This document shows positions 1 to 10,988 of a DNA stretch of 64,000 bases, piece by piece (within the stretch, counting starts at the first letter, position 1; every line of letters begins with the position of its first letter). The stretch is from Oscillospiraceae bacterium. GTDB taxonomy: Bacteria; Bacillota; Clostridia; TANB77; CAG-508. The notes beneath the pieces are model-generated. The model did not search any database and had not been told where the DNA came from. It was given only the letters and a program-made list of their open reading frames with translations. The stretch is taken from contig WQVL01000002.1 in NCBI GenBank assembly GCA_009785865.1, positions 11,605 through 75,604 of the forward strand, written 5' to 3'. A program made the position numbers and the translations under genes.

Positions 1-570
1 GTTCCAGATCAAATAGAAACTGGAACCTTTATGCTCGCTGCAATAGCTTCTAAAGGAGATTTAACCATAAAGAACTGTGTTCCCGAGCATCTAGAGTCCA
101 TTATTGCAAAAATCTTAGAAATTGGTGGAAATGTTGAAGCTAATGGTGACGAAATTAGAGTTTGGTATTCTCAAAGACCAACTAAAGCTTCTGTTAAAAC
201 TTTAGCTTACCCTGGATTCCCTACAGATCTTCAACCACAAATGGGTATTGTTCTTGCATTAGCGGAAGGCACTAGCTTAATTAACGAAACTATTTGGGAT
301 TCTAGATTCCAATACACGGAAGAATTAAATAAAATGGGAGCAAAAATTACTATCCAAGGCAAAACAGCAATTTTTGAAGGGGTAGATGGCCTTTATGGAG
401 CTCCGGTTTATTCCTCAGATTTAAGAGCAGGAGCAGCTCTACTCATAGCAGGTATTTGTGCAGAAGGCATAACCGAAATATATAATCTCCATCATATTGA
501 TAGAGGATATGAAAATTTCGAAGAAAAATTTCGAAATATTGGTGCTAATATAGAAAGAGTTCAGGAATAA
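1..570 (+). CDS. murA: UDP-N-acetylglucosamine 1-carboxyvinyltransferase, C-terminal part (5' end upstream of window)
   Basis: Open frame from base 1 (VPDQIETGTFMLAAIASKGDL...IDRGYENFEEKFRNIGANIERVQE) matches the conserved MurA C-terminal half. Stop at 568-570. Confidence 0.85.
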   Translation, partial: VPDQIETGTFMLAAIASKGDLTIKNCVPEHLESIIAKILEIGGNVEANGDEIRVWYSQRPTKASVKTLAYPGFPTDLQPQMGIVLALAEGTSLINETIWDSRFQYTEELNKMGAKITIQGKTAIFEGVDGLYGAPVYSSDLRAGAALLIAGICAEGITEIYNLHHIDRGYENFEEKFRNIGANIERVQE

Positions 571-647
571 ATATTAGATAGACGGCGCCCATTCGGCGTC
601 ATCTATTATTGTTAAGACAACACAAAAATAGCAAAGGATGAAAATAA

Positions 648-1439
648 ATGTTACAATTTTGTAGTTTATATAGTGGCAGCAGTGGAAATAGCTTTTTAAT
701 AAAAAGTGATCACACAAACATTTTAATAGATAGCGGTGTAAGCGCTAAAAAGATAATCGATGGGCTTACTTCTATTAATCTATCTATTACCGACATTGAT
801 GCAATTTTAATTACGCATGAACATATTGATCATGTGCGAAGTTTAAATACTTTGTCTTCCAAATATAATTTGCCGGTATATGCAAATATTAAAACATGGG
901 ATGCATTAAAGGAAAAAAAAGATTCCATTTCCGATTCAAACAAAAAAATATTCAAAGTTTCCGAGAACTTTGAAATTGGCGATTTGAAAATTTTTCCATT
1001 CAGCACTCCACATGATGCTGCTGACCCTTGTGGTTTTAATATCTGTAATAATAAGCATAAATTAAGTGTTGCAACTGACTTAGGACACGTAAGTAACAGT
1101 ATCTTTAAACATTTTGAAGGAAGTTCTTCGTTAATGTTAGAAGCAAACTATGATCCGGAAATTCTTAAAGTTTCTTCGTATCCTTTCTCTCTAAAAAAGA
1201 GAATCGACAGTCTTCACGGACATTTACCTAACAAAGTATCTGGACAAACTATTTGTAAATTAATAAATTCCGGTTTAAAAAATGCTTTGTTAGTTCATTT
1301 AAGTAAAGAAAATAATTTTCCTGAATTGGTCCATAAAACTATTGAGGAAGAGTTATTAGAAAATAATTACTCTTTAGATACTATTGATATCAATATAGCG
1401 TCTCGAGAAACACCCGGTGCTTTTTTAAACGTAATATAA
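648..1439 (+). CDS. MBL-fold metallo-hydrolase (YycJ/WalJ-like)
   Basis: 263 aa with HxHxDH motif (ILITHEHIDHV) and a beta-lactamase-fold N-terminus. Confidence 0.7.
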   Translation: MLQFCSLYSGSSGNSFLIKSDHTNILIDSGVSAKKIIDGLTSINLSITDIDAILITHEHIDHVRSLNTLSSKYNLPVYANIKTWDALKEKKDSISDSNKKIFKVSENFEIGDLKIFPFSTPHDAADPCGFNICNNKHKLSVATDLGHVSNSIFKHFEGSSSLMLEANYDPEILKVSSYPFSLKKRIDSLHGHLPNKVSGQTICKLINSGLKNALLVHLSKENNFPELVHKTIEEELLENNYSLDTIDINIASRETPGAFLNVI

Positions 1440-1459
1440 GAAAAATGTACCTCGTAAAC

Positions 1460-1521
1460 TTGGGCTCCAAGACATTTGTCTCTACAATATTCATGTAGAG
1501 CACAAGTGTCTTGGGGTCCAA
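1460..1521 (+). terminator. Long imperfect hairpin (about 25 bp stem) plus U-run after the MBL gene
   Basis: ttgggctccaagacatttgtctctaca / tgtagagcacaagtgtcttggggtccaa. All mismatches are G-U wobbles only when read as a plus-strand transcript. Followed by atttttg. Confidence 0.45.
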
Positions 1522-1857
1522 TTTTTGCTTGAAGCAACCTTTTTATATTTAACAAAACTTTTATAGAAAAAATATATGGGGGCTGTAGGGAACGTAAGAA
1601 TCGATAAAAATTTTTTACATAGGGCTAAAACATGCAAAAAACCTCTTTGTTTTGTCCCCTACAAGAGTAAAAACAATTAATCTGCTATCCTTTTTAAAAT
1701 TTCTTTTGATACTTTTTTTATAATAATCTTTCTGACTATAAAATAAACAGAAACAAATATTAAGACTTTAAAAAACATTAGTGTCTTCTCCTAAAAAAGT
1801 CGCTTGCAAGATCTGTCATCATAATACTATTATTCCCAAAATTTGTCAAGAAAAAGA

Positions 1858-2386
1858 TTACGACAAAATTCGCCAAATTGCTACAGATGTAAGGATCCCG
1901 ATCACATCTCCTATTAGAGCTGCAATCAATACAAATCTTATTCTCTTAATTCCTACTATGCTCGTATATACTGCAATAGTATAAAAAGTGGTCTCCGTAG
2001 AACCCATTATTGTTGAAGCAATTAGCCCTATCTGGCTATCCGTCCCATACTCTTTCATTATATCTGTTCCGATAGCTACTGAGCTACTTCCGGGAGATGG
2101 GTCTCAATATACTAAGTGGCATTACTTCACTAGGAATATATAACATATTAGTAATCGGCATCATCAAATTTACTAAAAAATCTAATATTCCAGAGTCTCT
2201 AAGCAAACCTATAGCAACAAATAGTCCTATCAACGTAGGAAATAATTTGATACTCACTTCGATGCCTTCTTTTGCCCCTTCCAAAAACGTATCAAAGACC
2301 TTAACTTTCTCTTTCACTCCATATACTATTATCATTAAGATAGTAATAGGAATTGCTAGACTAGAAAAATAGTTTACTACTGCCAT
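1858..2386 (-). CDS. spmB: Spore maturation protein B (needs +1 shift at in-frame CGG 2090..2092)
   Basis: ORFs 2084..2386 and 1858..2058 are N- and C-terminal parts of SpmB. They join as ...LRPIS[G]SSSVAIGTDIMKEYGTDS... when the C of CGG is skipped. Confidence 0.7.
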
Positions 2387-2421
2387 TTAAAGCTCCTCAC
2401 TGTTTTCGCACATTTCCTTTT

Positions 2422-2998
2422 TTACATTTTCTTCATTAGAATCTTGGCACTTACAATCACGGCCACTGCTGCAAATGTCGTCGCTATCCAGACAGGCACT
2501 ATCATTCCCGTTGGATTTTCCGAACCGCAAGGAACTTCTTATCGCTATCACTGTTGTTGGGATAATTTGAATTGATGCTGTGTTAAGCACAATAAACATT
2601 GCCATAGAATTTGATAACACTTTTTTGTCTTTATTCGTTCTTTGCATTGACTTCATTGCTTTTAAGCCAGCTGGTGTCGCTGCATTCCCCATTCCCATTA
2701 CATTTGCGACCATATTCATAGATATCTCTTCATGTACAGGGTCCCCTTTTTTAATATCCGGAAATAATATTCTCATTAAAGGACTTAACATTTTTGTCAG
2801 TTTTTTCATTATACTCGTTTCTGTAGCAATCTTCATTAGCCCCGTCCATAGACACATTGTTCCTATTAATGTCAAGGTCAAGGTAACTGCATCAGCTGTA
2901 GAATCAAAAATCGAATTGTTTATTTCTTCTACTTTCCCTGTAATTATGGCATATATAAAAGAAGCGACAATAAATAAAGGCCAAATTATATTAAGCAT
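2422..2998 (-). CDS. spmA: Spore maturation protein A (needs +1 shift at in-frame CGG 2525..2527)
   Basis: Nucleoside-recognition-domain membrane protein. After CGG-T, reading GGT yields the hydrophobic C-terminus ...SSL[G]SENPTGMIVPVWIATTFAAVAVIVSAKILMKKM, giving 191 aa. The listed 203-aa tail (Cys/Asp-rich) is wrong-frame. Confidence 0.7.
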
Positions 2999-3123
2999 GT
3001 TCTCCTCCTTGATAAATTGTATTCATCGTTCTCCTTCAATAGAATTAAGAAAAATTTATATTGTCAAAAAAATAAGAGCCAACATTTGGCTCTCTCTATA
3101 GCAGAGTTACTTTTGTATATGTC

Positions 3124-3952
3124 TTATAAAAAATATTGATATATTTCATTTTTCTGCACATTTCTATCTTTTGCAACTTGCTTAATTGCGTCTTTCTTCT
3201 CCATTCCCTTTTTCAAGTATACTTCTAAGTGTTCTTCTAATGTTTTACTCTTCATAGATTCTATAGCTATTTCTTCTTCATTTTGTTTTGAGCCCTCTAT
3301 AATAATTACAAATTCACCTTTAGCCTCTTTATACTTATCAAGAATTTCGGATATCTTTCCTCGCATAAATTCCTCATGTATCTTTGTTAATTCTCGTGCA
3401 ACTACAATTTCTCTATTCCCCAAAACTTCTTGCATACTTTCTAATGTGTTTATTAGCTTGTGTGGTGCTTCATAGCAAATTAAAGTTTGAGTTAAATTTT
3501 TATACTCTTCTAACTTTTTCCTCTTTTCTCTTTTATTTACCGGAAGAAATCCTATAAATGAGAATTCTTCTGCACTCAATCCAGAGGCCATTAAGCTTGT
3601 AATTACTGCACAAGCTCCCGGCACAGGGATCACCTCAATATCATTTTCTATTGCCTTTTTAACTATCGCTTCACCTGGATCTGAAATTCCAGGTGTCCCC
3701 GCATCCGAAACCAAAGCAATATTTTCACCACATAACAATTTTTCTACTAAAAATATAGCTTTTGTTTTTTCAATTTGCTTATAATAGCTAATAAGTGGCT
3801 TTTTTACCTTTAGATGGTTTAGCAACTTCAAAGTATGTCTTGTATCTTCTGCTGCAATTAGATCTACCTCACCTAATATTCTTATTGCTCTTAAAGTTAT
3901 GTCCTCTAAATTTCCTATTGGAGTTGCTACCAAATACAGTTTTCCGTTTCAT
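3124..3952 (-). CDS. rsmI: 16S rRNA (cytidine1402-2'-O)-methyltransferase (needs +1 shift at CGG 3944..3946, codon 3)
   Basis: Tetrapyrrole-methylase fold. ATG at 3952 has RBS AGGTGG. ATG AAA CGG AAA CTG gives M-K-[G]-K-L-Y-L-V-A-T-P-I-G-N-L-E-D-I-T, the conserved RsmI N-terminus, only if the C is skipped. Confidence 0.75.
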
Positions 3953-4004
3953 TTTATCCCACCTTTCTGTCAAATTTATTTTTAATCACTCCCATCGATT
4001 GCCT

Positions 4005-4781
4005 TCAGTCTATCTTGCTTTCCTCTACTTCTCCTCTTTTATTTGACCCATATATTTCCAACAACTCAGTCGTATAATTGTTTTCCTTGTCATATACTCT
4101 TAATGGCTTGTCCACTTTTAAAAATGGCTTTGCATTCTTAACCGCTTTCACTAAAACCAGTTTTGCCTCACTTTCTTCTCTTGAGTGGACAAATCTAATA
4201 CTCTTCGGTTCTATCTTGTAATTTCTTAAACAAACAAGGATATCTGCTAATCTCTCAGGCCTGTGCACCATATATAATGTTCCATGGTCCTTCAACAAAT
4301 AACTTGATTGCTTTACAATGCCTTCCAAGTTGCATTTGCATTCATGTCTAGAAATCAGCTTAGCTGGATTTTCATTGAGCCTTCCGCTATTCTCTTTTTT
4401 ATATGGAGGATTTGTAACAATTGCATCTATGCTTTGGTTGTCAAAAACTTTATTTAGGTTATTGATATCTTCATTCATTACTGTAAATTTATGCTGTAAG
4501 TTGTTTATCTGTATACTTCTCATTGCCATATTTGCTACCTGTTCTTGAATCTCTATCCCGATAATTTTCTTTAACTTACTTTTCCCGCATAACAAAATAC
4601 CTATGATTCCTGTCCCCGTTCCTAAATCTAGAACTATGCTTCCGGTAGCAATATCCTTTGCAAAGTCTGACAAAACTATGCTGTCCATACCAAAACAAAA
4701 TTCCTTCTTATTTTGAATTATTTTCCAATTGTTATATCCTAACTCTTCTATCTCTTCGTTTTCTTTTAACTGTATCTTCAT
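4005..4781 (-). CDS. SAM-dependent methyltransferase, YabB/TrmN6 (tRNA m6A37) family
   Basis: Motifs VLDLGTGTG and NPPY. Adjacent to rsmI as in B. subtilis yabB-yabC. Confidence 0.6.
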   Translation of the reverse strand: MKIQLKENEEIEELGYNNWKIIQNKKEFCFGMDSIVLSDFAKDIATGSIVLDLGTGTGIIGILLCGKSKLKKIIGIEIQEQVANMAMRSIQINNLQHKFTVMNEDINNLNKVFDNQSIDAIVTNPPYKKENSGRLNENPAKLISRHECKCNLEGIVKQSSYLLKDHGTLYMVHRPERLADILVCLRNYKIEPKSIRFVHSREESEAKLVLVKAVKNAKPFLKVDKPLRVYDKENNYTTELLEIYGSNKRGEVEESKID

Positions 4782-5037
4782 ACTATTTCACTAGTTCCCT
4801 TTATAATTTTTTTTCATACTATATACTATATATAATAGTTTCATATAATTTGCAATAAAGGAGAATTCGGAAATGAGATACTATAAACATAAGGATACTT
4901 TTTTTCATAAAAAGGAGGAGAAAAGTTTTCTAATAAAAACAAATCGAGCCGTGCATTCTCTTCATGAAGTAGAATGCTTTTTGCACGATTTGAATAAAGC
5001 TTTCAAATATATACATTTATATAAGTTTTTGAAGTAA

Positions 5038-5607
5038 CTATCTTTCTCTTCTAAAAGGTGCCTCAAAACTAACATATCCATCTGGAAAAGCTACGGATTC
5101 ATTTCCATCGATGTTGATTTTTACAGCATCAACCTCTATTAACTCTGTTAACGTATTTACTATTGACCTAATAATTCTACGTTCTTGCTCTTCTCCTAAT
5201 GCTTGTTCTTTAACAAAGTACTCAGAAAAATCTAAATAAACGACATTCCCTCTAAGTTCTGCACTGTTTAATACAGTATCTTCGGGAATAAGGCTTGCTT
5301 TTGTTTCGTCTTGCGGGCCTTCTAATAAGAGTTCTACTAATCTCTGATATGGATTATGTAAAAGTTCTATGCTTTCTATTGTTCTCGCTTCTGGCTTCAA
5401 TTCACCCGTTGCTACATCGAAAAAATATAGATTGATCATCGTTCTTCTTAATTCTTCGTCAGGCAATTCTGCTTGAGGTGTATATTCATGTATCTCTTCT
5501 GGGTTTTCTCCTCTACCTACATTCACATAGACTAAATACCCTATTACACAGATTAGCAAGATCAGGAAAACTATCCCAACATACATTGTTATTTTCTTAT
5601 TTTTCAT
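5038..5607 (-). CDS. GerMN-domain sporulation/germination lipoprotein-like protein
   Basis: N-terminal TM/signal region, then a GerM-like domain (LYFFD...VYLDFS...VDAVKINIDG). Confidence 0.5.
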   Translation of the reverse strand: MKNKKITMYVGIVFLILLICVIGYLVYVNVGRGENPEEIHEYTPQAELPDEELRRTMINLYFFDVATGELKPEARTIESIELLHNPYQRLVELLLEGPQDETKASLIPEDTVLNSAELRGNVVYLDFSEYFVKEQALGEEQERRIIRSIVNTLTELIEVDAVKINIDGNESVAFPDGYVSFEAPFRRER

Positions 5608-6002
5608 ATTTCTTCTCCTTCACAACCGTCTTGCTTTAATAGTATTAGAAATAAATTTGTTTTAGAACCAGATTTCAAAAAACATTTTACCCTTCCATCA
5701 CATTTTAACTTATCTATATTTTTCCGTTATATATTAATGTCGTCTGATATTTTTATATTTACTCCAAAACAACTTCTTCTCTTTATCCAATTTTCTATAT
5801 ATTCTCATTTACTATGAATATCTCTATTCCGAATTTTATGACTCCTCCTCTTTTTGTTTTTCTTCTATATAAAAAATTAAAATTAATAAACACTTTTTCA
5901 TCTGTTTAATTATTAGAATCATTTTTAATTAGACTAAAAAAATTAAATATTATTTTTTCCTTTTTTAATATCAAATTATGATTCACTTTTTTATTTTAAT
6001 AT

Positions 6003-6563
6003 TTATTTTAATATTTTATTATTTAATAAATAATAATTGGTCGCTTTATTTTTTTTGATCCATTCTTTAATGGTCTTTACTGTTTCGTTTTTTTGATTAT
6101 GTTTTACTTTCCCTTTTTTGAATTTTTCTCCTTGAAAAACATCAAAAAAAGTTTTTCGTTTTCTATCCAAAATCATTTCCTTTAGCAATTTAATCTCTTC
6201 ATTAATTTTGTTTTCTTTTAATATCTGCTTGATTTCTTCTATTGTAATTTGGTTGTCATAAAAAACATTAAATACTCCCTTAGATATTAAAAAGTTTTTT
6301 ATATCGTCATTCTCTTTCTCTAAAATGATAATAATCTCTACTCTTCTATTTATTCCTTTTATTAGATTAATCAGTTCTTCTACTGTTTTTTCTCCTGGCA
6401 ATATGCTATTCAAGCTCAAAACTTCAATTGACATTTCTCCTTCTAATACTTCAATTACACCTTCTTGATATTGAATATCTGGTAATAAAACGTTGTAAAT
6501 TTTTCCCTTTTTTAGCTCCTCATTAATTTTCGGATTTCCCATCGCTGTAATAACGTTCTTCAC
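6003..6563 (-). pseudogene. Truncated inverted duplicate of the 5' 558 bp of the CpaE-like gene at 29656..30993 (atypical-receiver domain only)
   Basis: 186-aa ORF is about 97% identical to residues 1-190 of the 445-aa ORF. It diverges after NNKI and stops. Confidence 0.6.
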
Positions 6564-7960
6564 GTTTCTCTCCTTTCCCCTTTTTTACAATAGACTAGCA
6601 ACTCCTTTTATACTTTTCTTCTGTTATGTAATCTTCATGTTTTTTCCATTCTTCTCCCTTTCTGCCTATTCTCTATTATGTTTTTCAAAGTACCTGTTCC
6701 GCATAACCTTAAACTGGCTTCTATTTTCAAAAAGAAGTGTCCTTATATTTCCTTCCCTTTTTTGTCTCTTTCGCAAACTTTGTTGCATTTGTTTTATCAA
6801 CTATATAGATTCGCTTCTTTATTATTGCTTTAAAATTAATTTGGACTATTCTTCAAATTTAATAATTATAATATTTTTTATTCTCTGCTCTATTCTTTTT
6901 TTATCTATTTCTTGTAATTTTTTTTATTTTCTAAACTATTTTTTTATTTAAATATTTATTTTAATTATTTATTTAAATTATTAATTTAAAATTAGATTAT
7001 TAATTACTAATTATTTTTATTTTATTTTTTAATTAACTTTTTTATCAATTTACTTTTCCTCTACCTTCCCAATCTCCTCATTCCTAATAATACTTTTTCT
7101 GCTAATAGTTCATAGAAATTTTTTTGCCTCCACTATTCATAGTTCTCATTTTTTTGTTTTTATGTAGACAGTTTTCTTTTTCTCTATACTCTCCTCGGGT
7201 TGTTATTTCCGAACTAATTTGCTTTCTTGTTTTATATTTAGTCTTCCTTTTTAATTGTTCTTTGACTTGCATTATGTATGCTATTTTATTTTCTCTCTCA
7301 ATTCCTTTGAGACAAAAATATTACATCGTTCTCTCATCTTTTCCATATGTTACTTCTCCACTTGATCATTGCAAGATATTAATTGATAATTAAATTGTGA
7401 CTTTAAATTGCTATTGAGCCTTTTTTTATTTTATATTAAATTTAATTTAAATATTATTATTTACTATTTAATTAAAGTATTTAATCAAGATTTATTAATT
7501 AATTAAAACATTTAATCAAGATTTTTTATTTAATTGTTTTTTATTTAACTAAAAAACCAAAGAAAATCTCTTAAAATATTTTTTAGTGTTCATTTTTGAT
7601 TAATTATTTTTATTTTATTTATATTAATTCTTTAATTATTTTTTGTTTTTTTGATTATTTATTTTATTTTTTAGTGTTTATTTTATTATCATAAAAAAAT
7701 ATAAATTAATGTTATTTTCTCTTCCTATGTTCTATCTCATCATGCTCCTACTTTGGTTTACATTTTATTTTAATTATTACAACTTGTGTCTATCTCTTTG
7801 TCTTTTATGTTTACATCTTCTCTAATTCTATCATTTTCCTGAATCTCTTCATTCCGAATAGATTTATTTAAAACATTTTTTTCTCGTGTTTTTTATTATC
7901 ATTTTATTGCTATTTTATGTGCATTTATTTTTTAACTTATGAGGCTTAATAATTTCATTT
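6003..7960 (-). repeat. Inverted copy (IR-L) of repeat R2 plus gene 5' end. Partner is about 28260..30213.
   Basis: The reverse complement of 6564..7400 aligns to 29655..28800 (for example agggagaagaatggaaaaaacatgaagattacataac). Coding part is near-identical; noncoding part is about 75-85% identical. Confidence 0.7.
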
Positions 7961-9032
7961 TTCTTGTGCCCTTTTTTCACTTTTCTTCATCCTTTTTTTC
8001 ATGGTTTTTATTTTCCTAAATTATTGTTTGATTAAACTAGAAAGATCATAATAGATAAATTAATCTATTAATTATTAAATATTAAACTAAATAATTAACT
8101 ATTAATTTCAATTATTTTTTAATTATTTTTTATTTTTTTAATATTTCTAATTAATTAATTTATTATTTGAAAATAATTATTATAAATTAGAGTAAATAAT
8201 ATCTTAAATATTTATTTATTTAGTTATTTTCAGATTAAGTGATCTATTATTTTGAAATAATTATTATAAATCAGAGTAAATAATAAATATTATTATTTAT
8301 TATTTTTATTTTTTTAACTGCTTCTTTAATACCTTCCTTTCACGCTTTTTTTACTAGATATTCTTTATCAAAAATTATCTTCTATGGAAAGTTTTCAATT
8401 AACAGATGAGATGTCACAGAGCTTGTTTTTCTTCTCATTCATTAACCGTCTAGTTTTTATGTAGCCTTTTTTAAATTTTTATGTTTTCCCTTCTAACCTG
8501 TAATCCCGAATATTTTTTGTCTTTTCTTCGCATTTTTATTCTCTTTATTCTTCAAGTTTTAACGATTTTATGTACATTGATTGTCCTTCTCTTTAAATAA
8601 TGTAGAACCCGTTTTTTCTCACTCTTCTCTCGTATTTCGTTGCAACAATTAGATAACATTATTATTCATTCTTTTGTTGCAATAATTGTTCTTAATATTA
8701 AAATAAATTGATTGGATATTGTTTTTTGATAAACAATAATTTATTTAAATATTATTTATTTTTAATCTATTTAAATATTAATTTATTTTTTCAACAATTA
8801 AATATTAATAAAATAAATTAAATATTTAATTATTTTTGTATAATAAAAAATATGAGATCGTCTCTCTCATATTTTTTATTAATTATTTAAATCATTCCTT
8901 GTTTGACTTTTGTTGTTAACTTGCTTATTCTTTTTGCCTTCTCAGCTTCAATTTTAAGCCACTTTCATTCTTCATTAATAATCTTACATATTAATTCCTT
9001 TGCGTCCTTTAAAATCAAATTGTGGCGGTGAG

Positions 9033-9123
9033 GATAGGATTCGAACCTACGGTACCCTTTTGGGGCACACCTGCTTTCCAAGCAAGCACCTTAAACCACT
9101 CGGACACCTCACCACATATAAAA
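9033..9123 (-). tRNA. tRNA-Ser (anticodon GGA)
   Basis: 91-nt cloverleaf with long variable arm, T-loop GGTTCGAATCC, CCA end, anticodon loop TTGGAAA. Confidence 0.9.
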
Positions 9124-9223
9124 TGAAGAGTGAATAGTGTAAAGTACGTCGCTTTTAGGTTTTTCCTAACTCAGCTAATATACTCTTCATTACTCACTCT
9201 TTGTCCTTGTCATAAGACAAGTT

Positions 9224-9314
9224 TGGCGGAGTTGGAGGGATTTGAACCCTCGCGGCCCTTACGAACCCTAACAGTTTAGCAAACTGTCCCCTTCAACCAC
9301 TTGGGTACAACTCC
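9224..9314 (-). tRNA. tRNA-Ser (anticodon GCU)
   Basis: 91 nt, long variable arm, anticodon loop TTGCTAA, CCA end. Confidence 0.9.
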
Positions 9315-9321
9315 ATAAAAA

Positions 9322-9413
<92 letters not shown>

Positions 9414-9445
9414 ATATGAACATTACATTTCCTGTAACATTCTCT

Positions 9446-9474
9446 ATAGTAGCATTTTTCAAAGTTCTTGTCAA
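9446..9474 (-). promoter_or_regulatory. Sigma-A-type promoter of the tRNA-Ser cluster
   Basis: On the minus strand: TTGACA, 17 nt spacer, TACTAT, about 30 nt upstream of tRNA-Ser(UGA). Confidence 0.5.
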
Positions 9475-9550
9475 TAGAATTGTTTGGGTTTTCTTTTAAA
9501 GCATCTGCTCTGTCAAAATCGATATCTCCCTATCGGTTTTACATGGAAGT

Positions 9551-10069
9551 TTACTCCTCTTTTTTGTATCCCTTATTTTGTGTAATTGCTATCTCTATTG
9601 CTCTTTTCTCCTCATCAGACACTTTATTTACTGCCTCACCTTTTATAACTTGTTTAGCATATATATTAGACATTTCCCTTGAGTAGATTCCATTTAATAA
9701 CACTCCATTTTTATTATCATCTAGTAGCGCAAGGGCAAAACTTAAGTCGCTTCCTGTATCTTTGAAAGCACTATATCTAACCATTCCTATCCTTTGTATA
9801 CAAGTTGTCATTTCCGACTCTAATCTGCCACAATATTTTCTCAGGTCCTCTGTTCTTTCAGTAACCTCTTCAACTTGTTTCACATACTTCTTCAAAATCT
9901 CTTCTATATTATTCCCATTTCCTAGTTTTTTCATGAATTTCACATGGTTTCTATTCAACTTACTTAGTTTTACTCTTGTTGATATAAATAGTATAAGCAA
10001 AAGCGTAGTAACTCCTCCCAAGATTAAATTAAAGACATAAGAATTTACAATTACAGAGAGTGTTTCCAT
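9551..10069 (-). CDS. DUF4446-like membrane protein (common parB neighbour in Firmicutes)
   Basis: 172 aa, N-terminal TM helix, position between parB and the tRNA cluster. Confidence 0.4.
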   Translation of the reverse strand: METLSVIVNSYVFNLILGGVTTLLLILFISTRVKLSKLNRNHVKFMKKLGNGNNIEEILKKYVKQVEEVTERTEDLRKYCGRLESEMTTCIQRIGMVRYSAFKDTGSDLSFALALLDDNKNGVLLNGIYSREMSNIYAKQVIKGEAVNKVSDEEKRAIEIAITQNKGYKKEE

Positions 10070-10130
10070 TTATTTCCTCCTCCTGATATGAAAACTTACA
10101 CCACATCATGTGCAGTATAAGCTTTTCTCT

Positions 10131-10988
10131 TTACTTGATTAATCCAAGAATCCTTGTTAGGTCATCGCCTGTGTTGTATTCTATAATAATTTTTCCTGAT
10201 CTTTTCCCTGCATCTATCTTCACTTTAGTTCCAAAGTAATTTCTAAAAGTGTCTTCCATTTCTCTATATATCGCTTGATATCTACCATCTTCATTTGGCT
10301 TACTACTTTTTTTCTTAATACGCATTTGTTTTTCCGCTTCTCGCACACTGTCCCCGCTTTCTACCATATATACTGCGGACTTGTATTGCTTCTCGGGATC
10401 TTCAATAGCTAAAAGAGCCTTACAATGCCCTTCAGTTAGCTTCCCTCCCTTTGCAAGTTCTATAACCCTTGGCTCTAAGTTTAGAACTCTTAAACTGTTT
10501 GTAAGACTGCTTCTAGCCATTCCTAATTTTTCTGCTAATTTATTTTGTGTCAGTTCATATTTTTCTAATAATTCTTTTATAGCCATCGCTTTTTCAATAG
10601 GATTTAAATCTTCTCTTTGTATATTTTCAATCAGCGCAACTTCTCTATTTGTTTGCTCGGTATATTCTCTCACAATAGCTGGTATTTCTGTCAACCCTGC
10701 TTTCTTGCTGGCTCTCCACCTTCTTTCTCCTGCAACTATTTGATAATAATTTTCTCGTTTTGTAACAATTATCGGTTGTATTACTCCATATTCTTTTATT
10801 GAATTAGAGAGTTCTTCTAAAGCTTCTTCGTCAAAAGTAACCCTAGGCTGATTCTTATTTGGCTCTACTTCTATTAATTTTAAAGCACGAACCACCTCTC
10901 CCTCTTGAATTTCCTCACTTTCTTCCTCTATCACATTGTTTGATAACAGTGCTCCTAATCCTTTTCCTAATCCTGTGTTTTTTGCCAT
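10131..10988 (-). CDS. parB: Chromosome partitioning protein ParB/Spo0J
   Basis: ParB box GERRWRA and an HTH region. Confidence 0.85.
   Translation of the reverse strand: MAKNTGLGKGLGALLSNNVIEEESEEIQEGEVVRALKLIEVEPNKNQPRVTFDEEALEELSNSIKEYGVIQPIIVTKRENYYQIVAGERRWRASKKAGLTEIPAIVREYTEQTNREVALIENIQREDLNPIEKAMAIKELLEKYELTQNKLAEKLGMARSSLTNSLRVLNLEPRVIELAKGGKLTEGHCKALLAIEDPEKQYKSAVYMVESGDSVREAEKQMRIKKKSSKPNEDGRYQAIYREMEDTFRNYFGTKVKIDAGKRSGKIIIEYNTGDDLTRILGLIK

Noticed and set aside
2387-2560. Cys/Asp-rich C-terminal tail of the 203-aa spmA ORF as a novel metal-binding extension
   Set aside because: It is a wrong-frame read-through past CGG 2525-2527. The +1 frame gives the expected hydrophobic SpmA C-terminus and stops at 2422.
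6637-7393. ORFs inside the AT-rich repeat tracts (6637..6951, 7124..7393, 28611..28802, 44326..45005, 45846..46115)
   Set aside because: Low-complexity translations of purine or pyrimidine runs (poly K/E/R or F/L/S). They are interrupted by stops in the homologous copies, so they are not conserved as ORFs between R1, R2 and R3.
5608-9030. CRISPR array or tandem satellite in the long noncoding tracts
   Set aside because: No regularly spaced direct repeats of 25-40 bp. The only tandem feature is a single 35-bp duplication.
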